Assembly (NCBI GenBank): GCA_020831705.1
Contig: JAFIGB010000279.1
Location: forward strand, 1-44,464
DNA from: Candidatus Sumerlaeia bacterium
GTDB lineage: Bacteria > Sumerlaeota > Sumerlaeia > SLMS01
Length of the DNA stretch: 44,464 nucleotides
Direction: 5' to 3'
Below the pieces are notes generated by a model that did not search any database, was not told the DNA's origin, and was given only the letters and a program-made list of their open reading frames with translations. This document shows, piece after piece, positions 17,560 through 26,181 of this stretch. The translations under genes were made by a program, and so were the position numbers. How positions within the stretch are numbered: position 1 is the first letter of the stretch; every line of letters starts with the position of its first letter.

Positions 17560-20500
17560 TCAGCGTCGCAACCAGACGTCCCCCCGGGAGTCCTGGTCGC
17601 TTCCCGCATGAATACTCGCAACAACCTGATAGACAACTCCCGGTTCGATATCGGGAACATTCAATGTATAGATGTGATCGTGGCGGGTGAATCCGCTCCA
17701 GCCCGGATGAATGTCGATATCAATCACCGCACCGTTTGCAAGGAGCGCCACGGATTCTATCATGAGCCCCTCATTGCCGGATTGATAGTCGAAGAGGACC
17801 TCCCATGTTCCCGGTCGGTCGAGATGGGAGGTGACATTCATGACCAGATCCGAGTAGTCCGTTGACAAAACCTCCTGGCTCCATTGACCAATGCGGATGG
17901 TCTCATGATCATCCAGATCGATGATGAACATGTTCTCGCCGTGACGAGTGACATCCACCCAATCGGACACCCCATGCCACTTCCCTGAGTTGGCGCGAAA
18001 TGTGGCACGCAGCCGCTCGACAGGAAGGGAGGAGATGGATGCATCCTCGGAGGACATGGTCACACTTGCCGCAATCCCGTGGTATCCCTCCGAACCATCG
18101 CCCCGGGAGATGGTGACAACCCCGGGTTCGAAATCATCGTTGGATGGAAAGACGACAACAACATGGCCGGTGGCCTCCTCGATATGAAAGTCCTTTTCCT
18201 GTTCAATGGGTGCCGGGTTGACGGTAAACGTGGCGAGGCGGACCTGCCCGGCGGGTGACCTGAAAGTCGCAAGCCGGTAATCCCCCGGGCCAATCCATAG
18301 GGAGTATTGTTCCCGGTTGCGACGAAAGGCTTTCACGCGGGCATTCACTTCTCCATCCATGATCATCAGCCTTTCCATTTGAGGAAAGGCACGACCATTC
18401 AGTGTCATGACACCTGAAAGCTTGATAAGTCCCGTGTAATCCAGAAGGACGTCGAGTTCCTCCATGTCATGGACAATCTGAAAATTGTGCGTGGCATTGT
18501 ATAGCTCGTGCCGAGGAGTGACGGAGTGGGAACCCGGAATCAAGCCCTCCAAAGTGGCGCGCCCCTCGACATCGGTCGTCACAACAGTAAGCGGAGATCC
18601 CTGCGCGAGTTGACTGGTATCGCGGTGTTCGATGGGGACATCGGGGAGGGGATCCCCGTGATGATCCAACAGGACAATGTTGACCATAACCCCGGTGCTG
18701 ATGTTGATCTCAACCCCGGTGGTGTCGATGTTATCCACGATGGAGGCCTTCGTTGATCCATGGGCCGCTGGTGATTCCCGTCGCGCCTCAAGAATGTAAT
18801 CCCCCTCATCCAAACCATTGAGTGAAAAGGTACCATCGAGTTCAGTGGTCATCCTTGGCGGTGCGAAGGCGAGTTGTCTCCATTGCCCATGATAATGACC
18901 TCGGTAATGGAAGTGGAAATTGCGGCCATCATCGGGCATGGCAAGGACCTCCACTCCCGCGGCGGGGATACGGTTACCAGATTCGTCGTACTGATAGACA
19001 GTCCCGCGAATGGACGCTGCTTCACGAAGTCGGACCTCAATGACCTCCTCCCCATCCTCGGAAACACTTCCCTCGGCCATACCCCGACGCGTTCCGACCC
19101 TTCCATGGCTGACGACATCGACCACATGGATGACAATGGCGCGTCCGGGCATGTAATTCGTCACATTGGTTTCCCCCTGCGGGTTCCTTGCCTCAAGAGC
19201 GGTTCCCGGAAGGAAGCGGTTTATGGTGGGGGAAATCACTTTGTATAGAAAACGCTCGACGGGCTCACCCGTTCTGTCGTCCACAACACGGAGCCTGAAG
19301 CCCCCCGCAGGCTGCATGCGTATGACCAGGGGGAAGTCCTCTGGTTTCTTTGCCCCCTCCTGTTGGTGTATATATCCATCATGTATTGCCGAGAGATGGA
19401 GATTTGCATGTTCAGGCACACCCGTCAGCGCAAAGACCCCCTCGTCGTTGGTGGTCACCTGGCTGTGGTAATGCCCCTCACTTGACTCCATGTTGTAGGC
19501 ACTGATTCTGACATTGGGTAGGGGGTTGCCCTCTCCATCCACCACCTTCCCCTCCAGGGGTTCTGAATCGTGAAGAACAAAGTCCACGTCGCGCCGGTAT
19601 TCACCCGGCTCCAGTTCCAAAGTCCGGGTGGGGGGTGGGCTGTACTTTCCATCCAGGCTGTCCTGCCGCACGTTGACGGACACCTCCCTGGGGGGAAGCT
19701 TGTCGATGAAGTAATATCCGGATTCGTTGGTATGTACGACCGGGCCAATACTTGTTCTGATATGGACATTTCCGCCATACTCCAGCGTTGCATGCATGGC
19801 GACCATGCCAAATCCCTCCAGGGGCTGATCAGAAGCATCGCGTACATATCCGGATATTTCCGCGTATTCCTCCAGCTGCAAAACGACCGGCTCGGGGGCT
19901 TCCCTTCCAAGGGAAACAGTTGCATCCGCGTATCCATTGGGGGCATGAACACGAATGCCAAACGAATCATTGGGGGTGGCGTATAGACGAAATTCCCCCA
20001 ACCCATCGGTGGGGTCGAGGCTGGGTGGCGACCCACCACGCACGGATTTCAATGGCCGCACTCCCGGTACCGGCGTCTGGCCGTCACTTTCCACGACTTT
20101 TCCCCGGACAAGAAGACCCGGTGCTGCCTCAATGGTGACAGGGTCGGGATCCTGACGGTCGGAAAGTTGAATTCCCACCCGGTTGTATCCATCGTAGGGA
20201 GGGTTGGGAACGTGAACCCAACCCTCGGGCATGGACAGGAAAAGATTGGCGAAGCTCGTCGGTTGATGGATGACCACGGAAAATTGCCCGTCGTGCCCCG
20301 TGACAACGGCACCCTCTGGACGAGCCATGCCGGGATGAAGATGGGTGGGGCTGACAACCACCCCCCGGACTCCCTGGCGGCTTTCCTTGTCAATAACCCG
20401 CCCTGAAATTGTGAGGTCTTCGGAAAACTGAAGAATCTCCTCCTTTTCGCCGCCCTCGTTCAGTTCAACCATTTTCTGGATGGTGCCGAGGGCGTAACTC

Positions 20501-21630
20501 CCATATGCTGCAACGATGGGAATTTCTCCGGTCGATGCAATGAGCCGGTATTGCCCCGCTTTGAGATTCTCAAACCGAAAGGTCCCCTCGTTGTCGGTGC
20601 GCGTTTCCACCAGGGCGACCGCCATGATAAAGGGGGCTCCATGGCTCATTGCCGAGGTGCGCACCGCGTGAACGTGGCCATTCGTGACAGGGGAACCATC
20701 CACATGGAGAAACCTGCCATGTATAACCCCGGTGCCACGTTCGAGGGTGATAAGGGCATCACGCTCGCCAACAGGATAAGCTTCACTCGTTTTGGGAATG
20801 AATCCATCCGCAATAACGGGAAAGCTCACGCGACCGCCAACCGGCAGGCTTGATAATTCGAAGTTGCCATCGGCGTCCGTCACCGTCTGCGAGGAGGCCA
20901 ATCTGGAACTTTGTCTCCCCGAGTTGCTGAGCAGGGACCGCCAGCCAACCCGTGCCCCCTCGATGGCATTTCCCGATTCATCGACAACACGACCGGCAAT
21001 GCTCCCAGCTTCATCAAGGAGCAGATCAATTTCCTTGGAGTCCCCGGAGAAGGCGCCATCCTGATAGTCGGGCTGGACAACCGTTGCGTAGTCGGGGGCG
21101 CTTGCCTTGAGGGTAAAAACGGAATAGACGTTTCCCATCCCCGGTACCCTGTTGACCTTTACCCGGGGCACCTCCATTTCCCAATGGCCGCCTTCATCAG
21201 CAACCGTTTCCACCAATACACCCGGCTCTTCAATCCCGGAACTTGCGGTAATCATATCATGGTCAAGAAAGGAAATCCTGGCACCAGGAATTGGCTGGGC
21301 CGTGTTTGCATTAATGACCCTGCCGTGGACTCGAATCAGGTCATTCTCATCGGATTCAGCCGGGGGAATATCATCGACAATTTCAACTGAAGTGTCGGCT
21401 TCCGGTTGCTCGGCGACTTGATTGTCCTCCGGAGATCCATCGGCCTGAATCAGCTCATGGGGAACGGGGAGTTGCTCCTCCAGTTCCTCCACGGCATCGG
21501 CGACGGTGACCTCCTCTTTCCCACCTTTGGGGATCAGGATGACAACAACAATGACAGTGATGGTTAAAATGAGAGCGAGTAGGAGACCGGGATGGGATTT
21601 TCCACCCACCTTGTTTCTTGACGAGTTCAT
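17560..21630 (-). CDS. Giant membrane-anchored surface protein built from at least 10 carboxypeptidase-regulatory-like (CarboxypepD_reg, Ig-like) repeats plus a distinct C-terminal beta-rich module
   Basis: 1356 aa. N-terminal signal anchor LLLALILTITVIVVVILI, then an acidic linker. The repeated signature includes HGRVINANTAQPIPGARISF, AGRVVDESGNAIEGARVGW, SGRVIDKESRQGVRGVVV, RGKVVESDGQTPVPGV, SGYVRDASDQPLEGF, EGKVVDGEGNPLPNVRISAY and RGTVYQYDESGNRIPAAGVEV. Confidence 0.85.
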   Translation of the reverse strand: MNSSRNKVGGKSHPGLLLALILTITVIVVVILIPKGGKEEVTVADAVEELEEQLPVPHELIQADGSPEDNQVAEQPEADTSVEIVDDIPPAESDENDLIRVHGRVINANTAQPIPGARISFLDHDMITASSGIEEPGVLVETVADEGGHWEMEVPRVKVNRVPGMGNVYSVFTLKASAPDYATVVQPDYQDGAFSGDSKEIDLLLDEAGSIAGRVVDESGNAIEGARVGWRSLLSNSGRQSSRLASSQTVTDADGNFELSSLPVGGRVSFPVIADGFIPKTSEAYPVGERDALITLERGTGVIHGRFLHVDGSPVTNGHVHAVRTSAMSHGAPFIMAVALVETRTDNEGTFRFENLKAGQYRLIASTGEIPIVAAYGSYALGTIQKMVELNEGGEKEEILQFSEDLTISGRVIDKESRQGVRGVVVSPTHLHPGMARPEGAVVTGHDGQFSVVIHQPTSFANLFLSMPEGWVHVPNPPYDGYNRVGIQLSDRQDPDPVTIEAAPGLLVRGKVVESDGQTPVPGVRPLKSVRGGSPPSLDPTDGLGEFRLYATPNDSFGIRVHAPNGYADATVSLGREAPEPVVLQLEEYAEISGYVRDASDQPLEGFGMVAMHATLEYGGNVHIRTSIGPVVHTNESGYYFIDKLPPREVSVNVRQDSLDGKYSPPPTRTLELEPGEYRRDVDFVLHDSEPLEGKVVDGEGNPLPNVRISAYNMESSEGHYHSQVTTNDEGVFALTGVPEHANLHLSAIHDGYIHQQEGAKKPEDFPLVIRMQPAGGFRLRVVDDRTGEPVERFLYKVISPTINRFLPGTALEARNPQGETNVTNYMPGRAIVIHVVDVVSHGRVGTRRGMAEGSVSEDGEEVIEVRLREAASIRGTVYQYDESGNRIPAAGVEVLAMPDDGRNFHFHYRGHYHGQWRQLAFAPPRMTTELDGTFSLNGLDEGDYILEARRESPAAHGSTKASIVDNIDTTGVEINISTGVMVNIVLLDHHGDPLPDVPIEHRDTSQLAQGSPLTVVTTDVEGRATLEGLIPGSHSVTPRHELYNATHNFQIVHDMEELDVLLDYTGLIKLSGVMTLNGRAFPQMERLMIMDGEVNARVKAFRRNREQYSLWIGPGDYRLATFRSPAGQVRLATFTVNPAPIEQEKDFHIEEATGHVVVVFPSNDDFEPGVVTISRGDGSEGYHGIAASVTMSSEDASISSLPVERLRATFRANSGKWHGVSDWVDVTRHGENMFIIDLDDHETIRIGQWSQEVLSTDYSDLVMNVTSHLDRPGTWEVLFDYQSGNEGLMIESVALLANGAVIDIDIHPGWSGFTRHDHIYTLNVPDIEPGVVYQVVASIHAGSDQDSRGDVWLRR

Positions 21631-21852
21631 GATGACGTCGTTCCTCTCTGTTGGAAAAGGACCCCGATTTTCGCCATGGAATGAAGCCCCCTTGAATCAT
21701 GTTACGGTATTTACCTTCCGGAATCCTCCATGTGTCAAGGACCAGCTTTCCCAATCCGGCCTGCTGGAAATCGGTAAACTTTTATCGCTCCAAATGGGGC
21801 AAAATGGCACTTTTCCATGATGTGCCTTGACCACGGGCATGGCTTTTGGTTG

Positions 21853-21895
21853 GCAATGGTCTTGTTGGCTAGCCAACAAGCAAGTCAGCCATTGC
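21853..21895. promoter_or_regulatory. Candidate operator / structured element: perfect 20-bp palindrome with an outer 7-bp inverted repeat, upstream of phnD
   Basis: CTTGTTGGCT|AGCCAACAAG at 21861-21880 is a perfect palindrome. It is flanked by GCAATGG (21853-21859) and CCATTGC (21889-21895). It ends 38-53 nt before the phnD ATG, inside the 302-bp divergent intergenic region. Confidence 0.4.
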
Positions 21896-21932
21896 ATAAG
21901 ATTTCCCACAGACCCAAACCACTGGAGTTCAA

Positions 21933-22862
21933 ATGTACCTCAAATACGCCCTTTCCGCCCTGCTTGTCGCCTTTTTGGCATCCTGTGGAGGTGGAAACGA
22001 CCAGCCAGCCCAGCCCACTTCGGAAGACCCCCGGGAACCGAGCCGTATCATATTCGCCTTCCAGAAACAGAGCGACCCCCGCCAGATTCGGGAAAACGCC
22101 GAGCGTGCGGCGGCCTTCCTTACCGAGCGCATCGGCATTGAGACGGAAGTCCTGGTCCCCGCCAGTTACGGGGCAAGCGTTCAGGCGCTGGTGAGCAACC
22201 GTGCCCACGTTGCCTACCTGTCCTCAATTCCCTTCCTTCTTGCCCGCGACGAGGCACCGGTTGAGATGGTCCTGGCGGAATTGCGTGAGGATCGGACGGA
22301 ATACGACTCCATTTTCGTCGTTCGCAAGGATTCCCCCTACCAAACCCTGGAGGATCTCCGCGACGCCCGCGTCATGTGGACCTCCCCCACCAGCACCTCG
22401 GGGTACGTGATGGCATATTCCCGCCTGGTGGACGAGGGGCTGCTGGAGGCTCGTCAGGATACCGGGGAATTTTTCTCCACGGTGAATTTTGCCGGCGGAT
22501 ATGATCGGGCCCTCATGGCGGTGAACAACAATCAGGCGGATGTCTGCGCCGTGAGTTACTACACCATGGAGGGAGACCGCGCCGATGTTTACAGCACCCA
22601 GGAAATGCGGGACAACCTCCGGGTCCTCGCCAGAACTTCCGGCGTGCCGACCCACCTGGTGTGCATGCGCAGCGACCTGCCCCAAGGTGTGAAGGACCGC
22701 ATTCGCGAGGCCCTTCTTGCCATGAGCGAGGAACATCCTGAATTGCTGGCTGATGTATATGGTGCCGCTGAATTTGCCATTGTGGATGAGGCGGAGCACG
22801 TTGAGGGGGCATATCGTGCCCTGACAAACACAGGGCTGGCCCTCCGCGGCCTGGTCAACTGA
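21933..22862 (+). CDS. phnD: Phosphonate/phosphite ABC transporter substrate-binding lipoprotein
   Basis: Lipoprotein signal LLVAFLASCGG. PhnD-like blocks IIFAFQKQSDP, YGASVQALVSNRAHVAYLSSIPF and WTSPTSTSGY. GGAG lies 6 nt upstream of the ATG. Confidence 0.85.
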   Translation: MYLKYALSALLVAFLASCGGGNDQPAQPTSEDPREPSRIIFAFQKQSDPRQIRENAERAAAFLTERIGIETEVLVPASYGASVQALVSNRAHVAYLSSIPFLLARDEAPVEMVLAELREDRTEYDSIFVVRKDSPYQTLEDLRDARVMWTSPTSTSGYVMAYSRLVDEGLLEARQDTGEFFSTVNFAGGYDRALMAVNNNQADVCAVSYYTMEGDRADVYSTQEMRDNLRVLARTSGVPTHLVCMRSDLPQGVKDRIREALLAMSEEHPELLADVYGAAEFAIVDEAEHVEGAYRALTNTGLALRGLVN

Positions 22863-22905
22863 GGAGTCGACTGCCCTGAGCACTCTGACCATTGATGAAC
22901 CAGAC

Positions 22906-24504
22906 GTGATGGCTCCCCACGAAGATCGCGTCGCCGACGCGGCCGAGGCCCTCCTGGCGGACCGGATTTCCGTTCGCTATGAAGGCAAGGGCGCGACGGC
23001 CCTGAACGAGACCACGCTTTCCCTTCGCGAGGGGGAGCGTGTCGCCGTTGTGGGACCATCCGGTGGTGGCAAGACAACGCTGCTCCGTGCCCTGGAAGGG
23101 TCGGTGAAGTGTTGCGAAGGATGCGTTCATTGCCTTGGGAAAGCGGTGCTTGTATATCAGGATTTGCGTCTGGTTTCCGAGAGGTCGGTCCTGTCGAATG
23201 TTTGCAGCGGTGCCCTGGGGGAACTCCCCCGCCGTCATGCCCTTTGGAAATTTCCCAAACATATTGAGGAGCGCGCCAAGGCACTTCTGGAGGATCTTGG
23301 GCTGGCAGGCCTTGCCAATCGCAATGTGGGCACGCTTTCAGGAGGGCAACGCCAGCGCGTCGCCATCGCCCGTGCCCTTTGTGCCAAGCCAACGGTTCTT
23401 CTGGCCGACGAACCCCTCTCGTCGCTGGATCCGGAAAATGCTGCCCGCATTCTGACGCTCCTTGCCCGGTTGCAGACGAAATACCGTTTCGCACTGGTTC
23501 TCTCCATCCATGCACCCGGTCCCTACCCCAAGTATTTTGATCGCTACCTGCTGGTGCGTGACGGGGAAATCGCCCTCGAAACGAGAAATCGGGACGAAGC
23601 ATGGAGAACGGCTTTCGGGGTGACGGACCCGGAGGATTTCGGCGCCGATGCTTCCGATGCCGGAGAACAGGTTTTTCCAACGGCACAGGACAGGATCCTT
23701 CGTGATGACCATCGCCCGATTGTACAGGCTGCAAAGGTGGGCCTGGTGGCGATGGTGGCTCTCGTTCTCCTCGTGTGGTCTGCCGGTGCCCTCAACATTA
23801 ACACAAGTTCCTTTGACGGTGCGGGTTCGGCGGTTTTCGACTTCCTGCGCCGGGTGGTGCCTGAAAGCCCGGCGGCATTTCTCGCCCTGCCGTGGGGAGG
23901 GTTGATGCTTTCCCTCATCGAGACCATCCAGATGGCAATCCTCGGGACGGCGATCGGTATTGCCGTTTCCCTGCCGCTGGCGGTCCTCGCTTCGCGGCAG
24001 ACCTCGCCCCGGTGGCTCCGTGTGCCGATGCGGTTTCTGCTGAACCTGATCCGCACCATTCCCTCGATTTTCTGGGGGCTGATTTTTGTCGCCTTCGTTG
24101 GCCTGGGGCCATTCGCAGGTGTGTTGGCATTGGCCGCCTATTCGGTGGGTTACCTGACCAAGTTTTTCTATGAGGGGCTGGAGGACGTTGATGCCCGTGC
24201 AGGGGCGGCGCTTCGCGCCGTGGGTGCCTCCCGCATTCAGGTCTTCACCCAGGCGATTTTTCCCGCCGCCCGGCCCGTGCTCGTGGCGGCCTGCCTTTTT
24301 GTCTTCGAATACAACATCCGCAGTGCCAGCATTCTGGGGATCGTGGGAGCCGGGGGAATCGGGCAGGACCTGATGTATTACTTTGAGTGGCGTGATTTCA
24401 GTTCCGCTGCCGCCGGGCTTCTTCTGATCCTTGTGATTGTTGTTGTTTTGGACACCATCTCGGAAATTTGGCGCCGCCGTCTGACAAAACAGCGGGGCAC
24501 CTGA
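22906..24504 (+). CDS. phnCE: Fused phosphonate ABC transporter ATPase (PhnC-like) and permease (PhnE-like) in one 532-aa polypeptide
   Basis: N-terminal half: Walker A GPSGGGKTT, LSGGQRQRVAIARAL, LLADEPLSSLD. A linker of about 45 aa follows. C-terminal half: PhnE blocks LIETIQMAILGTAIGIAVSLPLAVLASR, ALRAVGASRIQVFTQAIFPAARP, LGIVGAGGIGQDL. The ORF is continuous with no internal stop. Confidence 0.8.
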   Translation: MMAPHEDRVADAAEALLADRISVRYEGKGATALNETTLSLREGERVAVVGPSGGGKTTLLRALEGSVKCCEGCVHCLGKAVLVYQDLRLVSERSVLSNVCSGALGELPRRHALWKFPKHIEERAKALLEDLGLAGLANRNVGTLSGGQRQRVAIARALCAKPTVLLADEPLSSLDPENAARILTLLARLQTKYRFALVLSIHAPGPYPKYFDRYLLVRDGEIALETRNRDEAWRTAFGVTDPEDFGADASDAGEQVFPTAQDRILRDDHRPIVQAAKVGLVAMVALVLLVWSAGALNINTSSFDGAGSAVFDFLRRVVPESPAAFLALPWGGLMLSLIETIQMAILGTAIGIAVSLPLAVLASRQTSPRWLRVPMRFLLNLIRTIPSIFWGLIFVAFVGLGPFAGVLALAAYSVGYLTKFFYEGLEDVDARAGAALRAVGASRIQVFTQAIFPAARPVLVAACLFVFEYNIRSASILGIVGAGGIGQDLMYYFEWRDFSSAAAGLLLILVIVVVLDTISEIWRRRLTKQRGT

Positions 24505-24595
24505 GCGGGGCTCAACGGGTTGACCCACCTTTTCTTGCCCTTGTGCCGCCGGGGACGGGGAATGATGGTCAGGACCGGAGCGTGATCGTGTCACC

Positions 24596-24754
24596 ATGAG
24601 CCTTGAGGATGAATACAAGCAAAGCACCCGGTGGCTGGGGCCGTTGTTCGCCCTGGCACTTGTTGCCGTGTTCCTCGCGGTGACGTGCGCCCGGGGTGGG
24701 TTCGTCGAGCAGCCTGATGCTGATTCACCCGGCACCGGGGAGGTTGCCCCATGA
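24596..24754 (+). CDS. Possible 52-aa small membrane/lipoprotein-like ORF coupled to the sugar transferase gene
   Basis: Below the track cut-off. My translation is MSLEDEYKQSTRWLGPLFALALVAVFLAVTCARGGFVEQPDADSPGTGEVAP. It has one hydrophobic helix followed by Cys. Its TGA overlaps the ATG of the next gene (ATGA at 24751-24754). The SD is weak. Confidence 0.25.
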   Translation: MSLEDEYKQSTRWLGPLFALALVAVFLAVTCARGGFVEQPDADSPGTGEVAP

Positions 24755-26181
24755 TGCCGCCCCAGGCTGCAGCCGTGAACTCCAATGGCACCTCCATTTG
24801 GAAAACCCGGTGGATTTCGGTCTTCCTCCTGATAGCCGACACCATCGGCCTTTCCCTCTGTTGGCTGGGGGCGTGGTATTTTCGGGTTCTGATGACGCCG
24901 ATCCTCGGCCCCATCAACACCATCGATCCCTATCTGGCGGTTTACCCGTTGGTGCTGCTCGCCGGCCTGGCCAACTGCATGGCCTTTGGATTGTATCTCC
25001 ACCGCCGCCGGTTGTCATCCCTCAATCGTCCAAGCATTCTCATTCGTGCCGGGTACCACTGGCTGCTTTATATTATTGTCATCGGATTTTTCTTCAAGGA
25101 GATGGATCTTGGCCGCTCCATCATCCTGTTGGCAGCGATTCTGGGGCAGGTGCACCTGTTTCTGTCCCGTGGTGCCCTGAAGTATCTGAAGGGACGGGCG
25201 ATCACGGCGGGGCGCGGCACCATGCGATGCGCCATTGTGGGAACGAGTTCCCTGGCGCTGGAGGTCCGCGAATCCCTCCGTCAGCACCCCGAAGTGGGCT
25301 ATACACTTGCGGGAATGATTTCACACCCAGGGGATGAGCCCGCCCCCAATCTGGACGAGGTGGGTATCCGGCTGCTGGGTACGGCATCGGAACTCGACAA
25401 CATCGCTGAACAGGAAAATCTGGAGGAAATCTTTCTTGCGGTGGCTCATCTTGATGCGCGGGAGCAGCTGGACCTGTTGAATCTCGCCGACCGCCGCGGC
25501 CTGAACGTCCACGTTGTGACGAATATCTTCGGCGTCATCACCGAACAGGCCAAAGTCGGCGAAATCGGTGCGTACCCGGTCATCACGCTCCGCGACGGTT
25601 ATGTGCCCCTTCATCAGGATCTGCTCAAGCGCACCCTTGATCTGGCATGTGCCGGGTTGGGATTTCTGGTCTGGATGGTGTTCTTTCACTGGTGGATTTC
25701 CTGGCGCATCATGAAGGATTCCCCCGGGCCGATTTTCTTCCGCCAGGAGCGTGTGGGAAAAAACGGGACCACCTTCGAGATCGTCAAATACAGGACCATG
25801 CGTACGGAGGCCGATCCCTACGGTTTTGCTCCGACCCAGGATGACGACCCGCGGGTGACACCCTTTGGCAGATGGTTGCGGCGGACGAGTCTCGACGAAA
25901 TGCCCCAGCTCCTCAATGTCCTGAAGGGGGAAATGAGCATGGTCGGCCCCCGCCCGGAAATGCCCTTTATTGTGGAGAAATACGAGCCCTGGCAACGGCG
26001 ACGGCTTGACGTGAAACCGGGTGTTACCGGATTGTGGCAGGTCATTGGCCGCAAGAATCTGCCCCTTCACCTTAATATGCAATATGACTTCTACTACATC
26101 AAAAACCAAAGCTTTCTCCTCGACGTCGAGATCATCCTGAGGACAATCCCCGCTGTACTCCATGGAAAGGGCGCCTTTTGA
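24751..26181 (+). CDS. Polyprenyl-phosphate glycosylphosphotransferase (bacterial sugar transferase, WbaP/EPS priming enzyme type)
   Basis: N-terminal TM helices and a central NAD-like linker domain. C-terminal blocks PGPIFFRQERVGKNGTTFEIVKYRTM, DPRVTPFGRWLRRTSLDEMPQLLNVLKGEMSMVGPRP and DFYYIKNQSFLLD. Confidence 0.9.
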   Translation: MMPPQAAAVNSNGTSIWKTRWISVFLLIADTIGLSLCWLGAWYFRVLMTPILGPINTIDPYLAVYPLVLLAGLANCMAFGLYLHRRRLSSLNRPSILIRAGYHWLLYIIVIGFFFKEMDLGRSIILLAAILGQVHLFLSRGALKYLKGRAITAGRGTMRCAIVGTSSLALEVRESLRQHPEVGYTLAGMISHPGDEPAPNLDEVGIRLLGTASELDNIAEQENLEEIFLAVAHLDAREQLDLLNLADRRGLNVHVVTNIFGVITEQAKVGEIGAYPVITLRDGYVPLHQDLLKRTLDLACAGLGFLVWMVFFHWWISWRIMKDSPGPIFFRQERVGKNGTTFEIVKYRTMRTEADPYGFAPTQDDDPRVTPFGRWLRRTSLDEMPQLLNVLKGEMSMVGPRPEMPFIVEKYEPWQRRRLDVKPGVTGLWQVIGRKNLPLHLNMQYDFYYIKNQSFLLDVEIILRTIPAVLHGKGAF

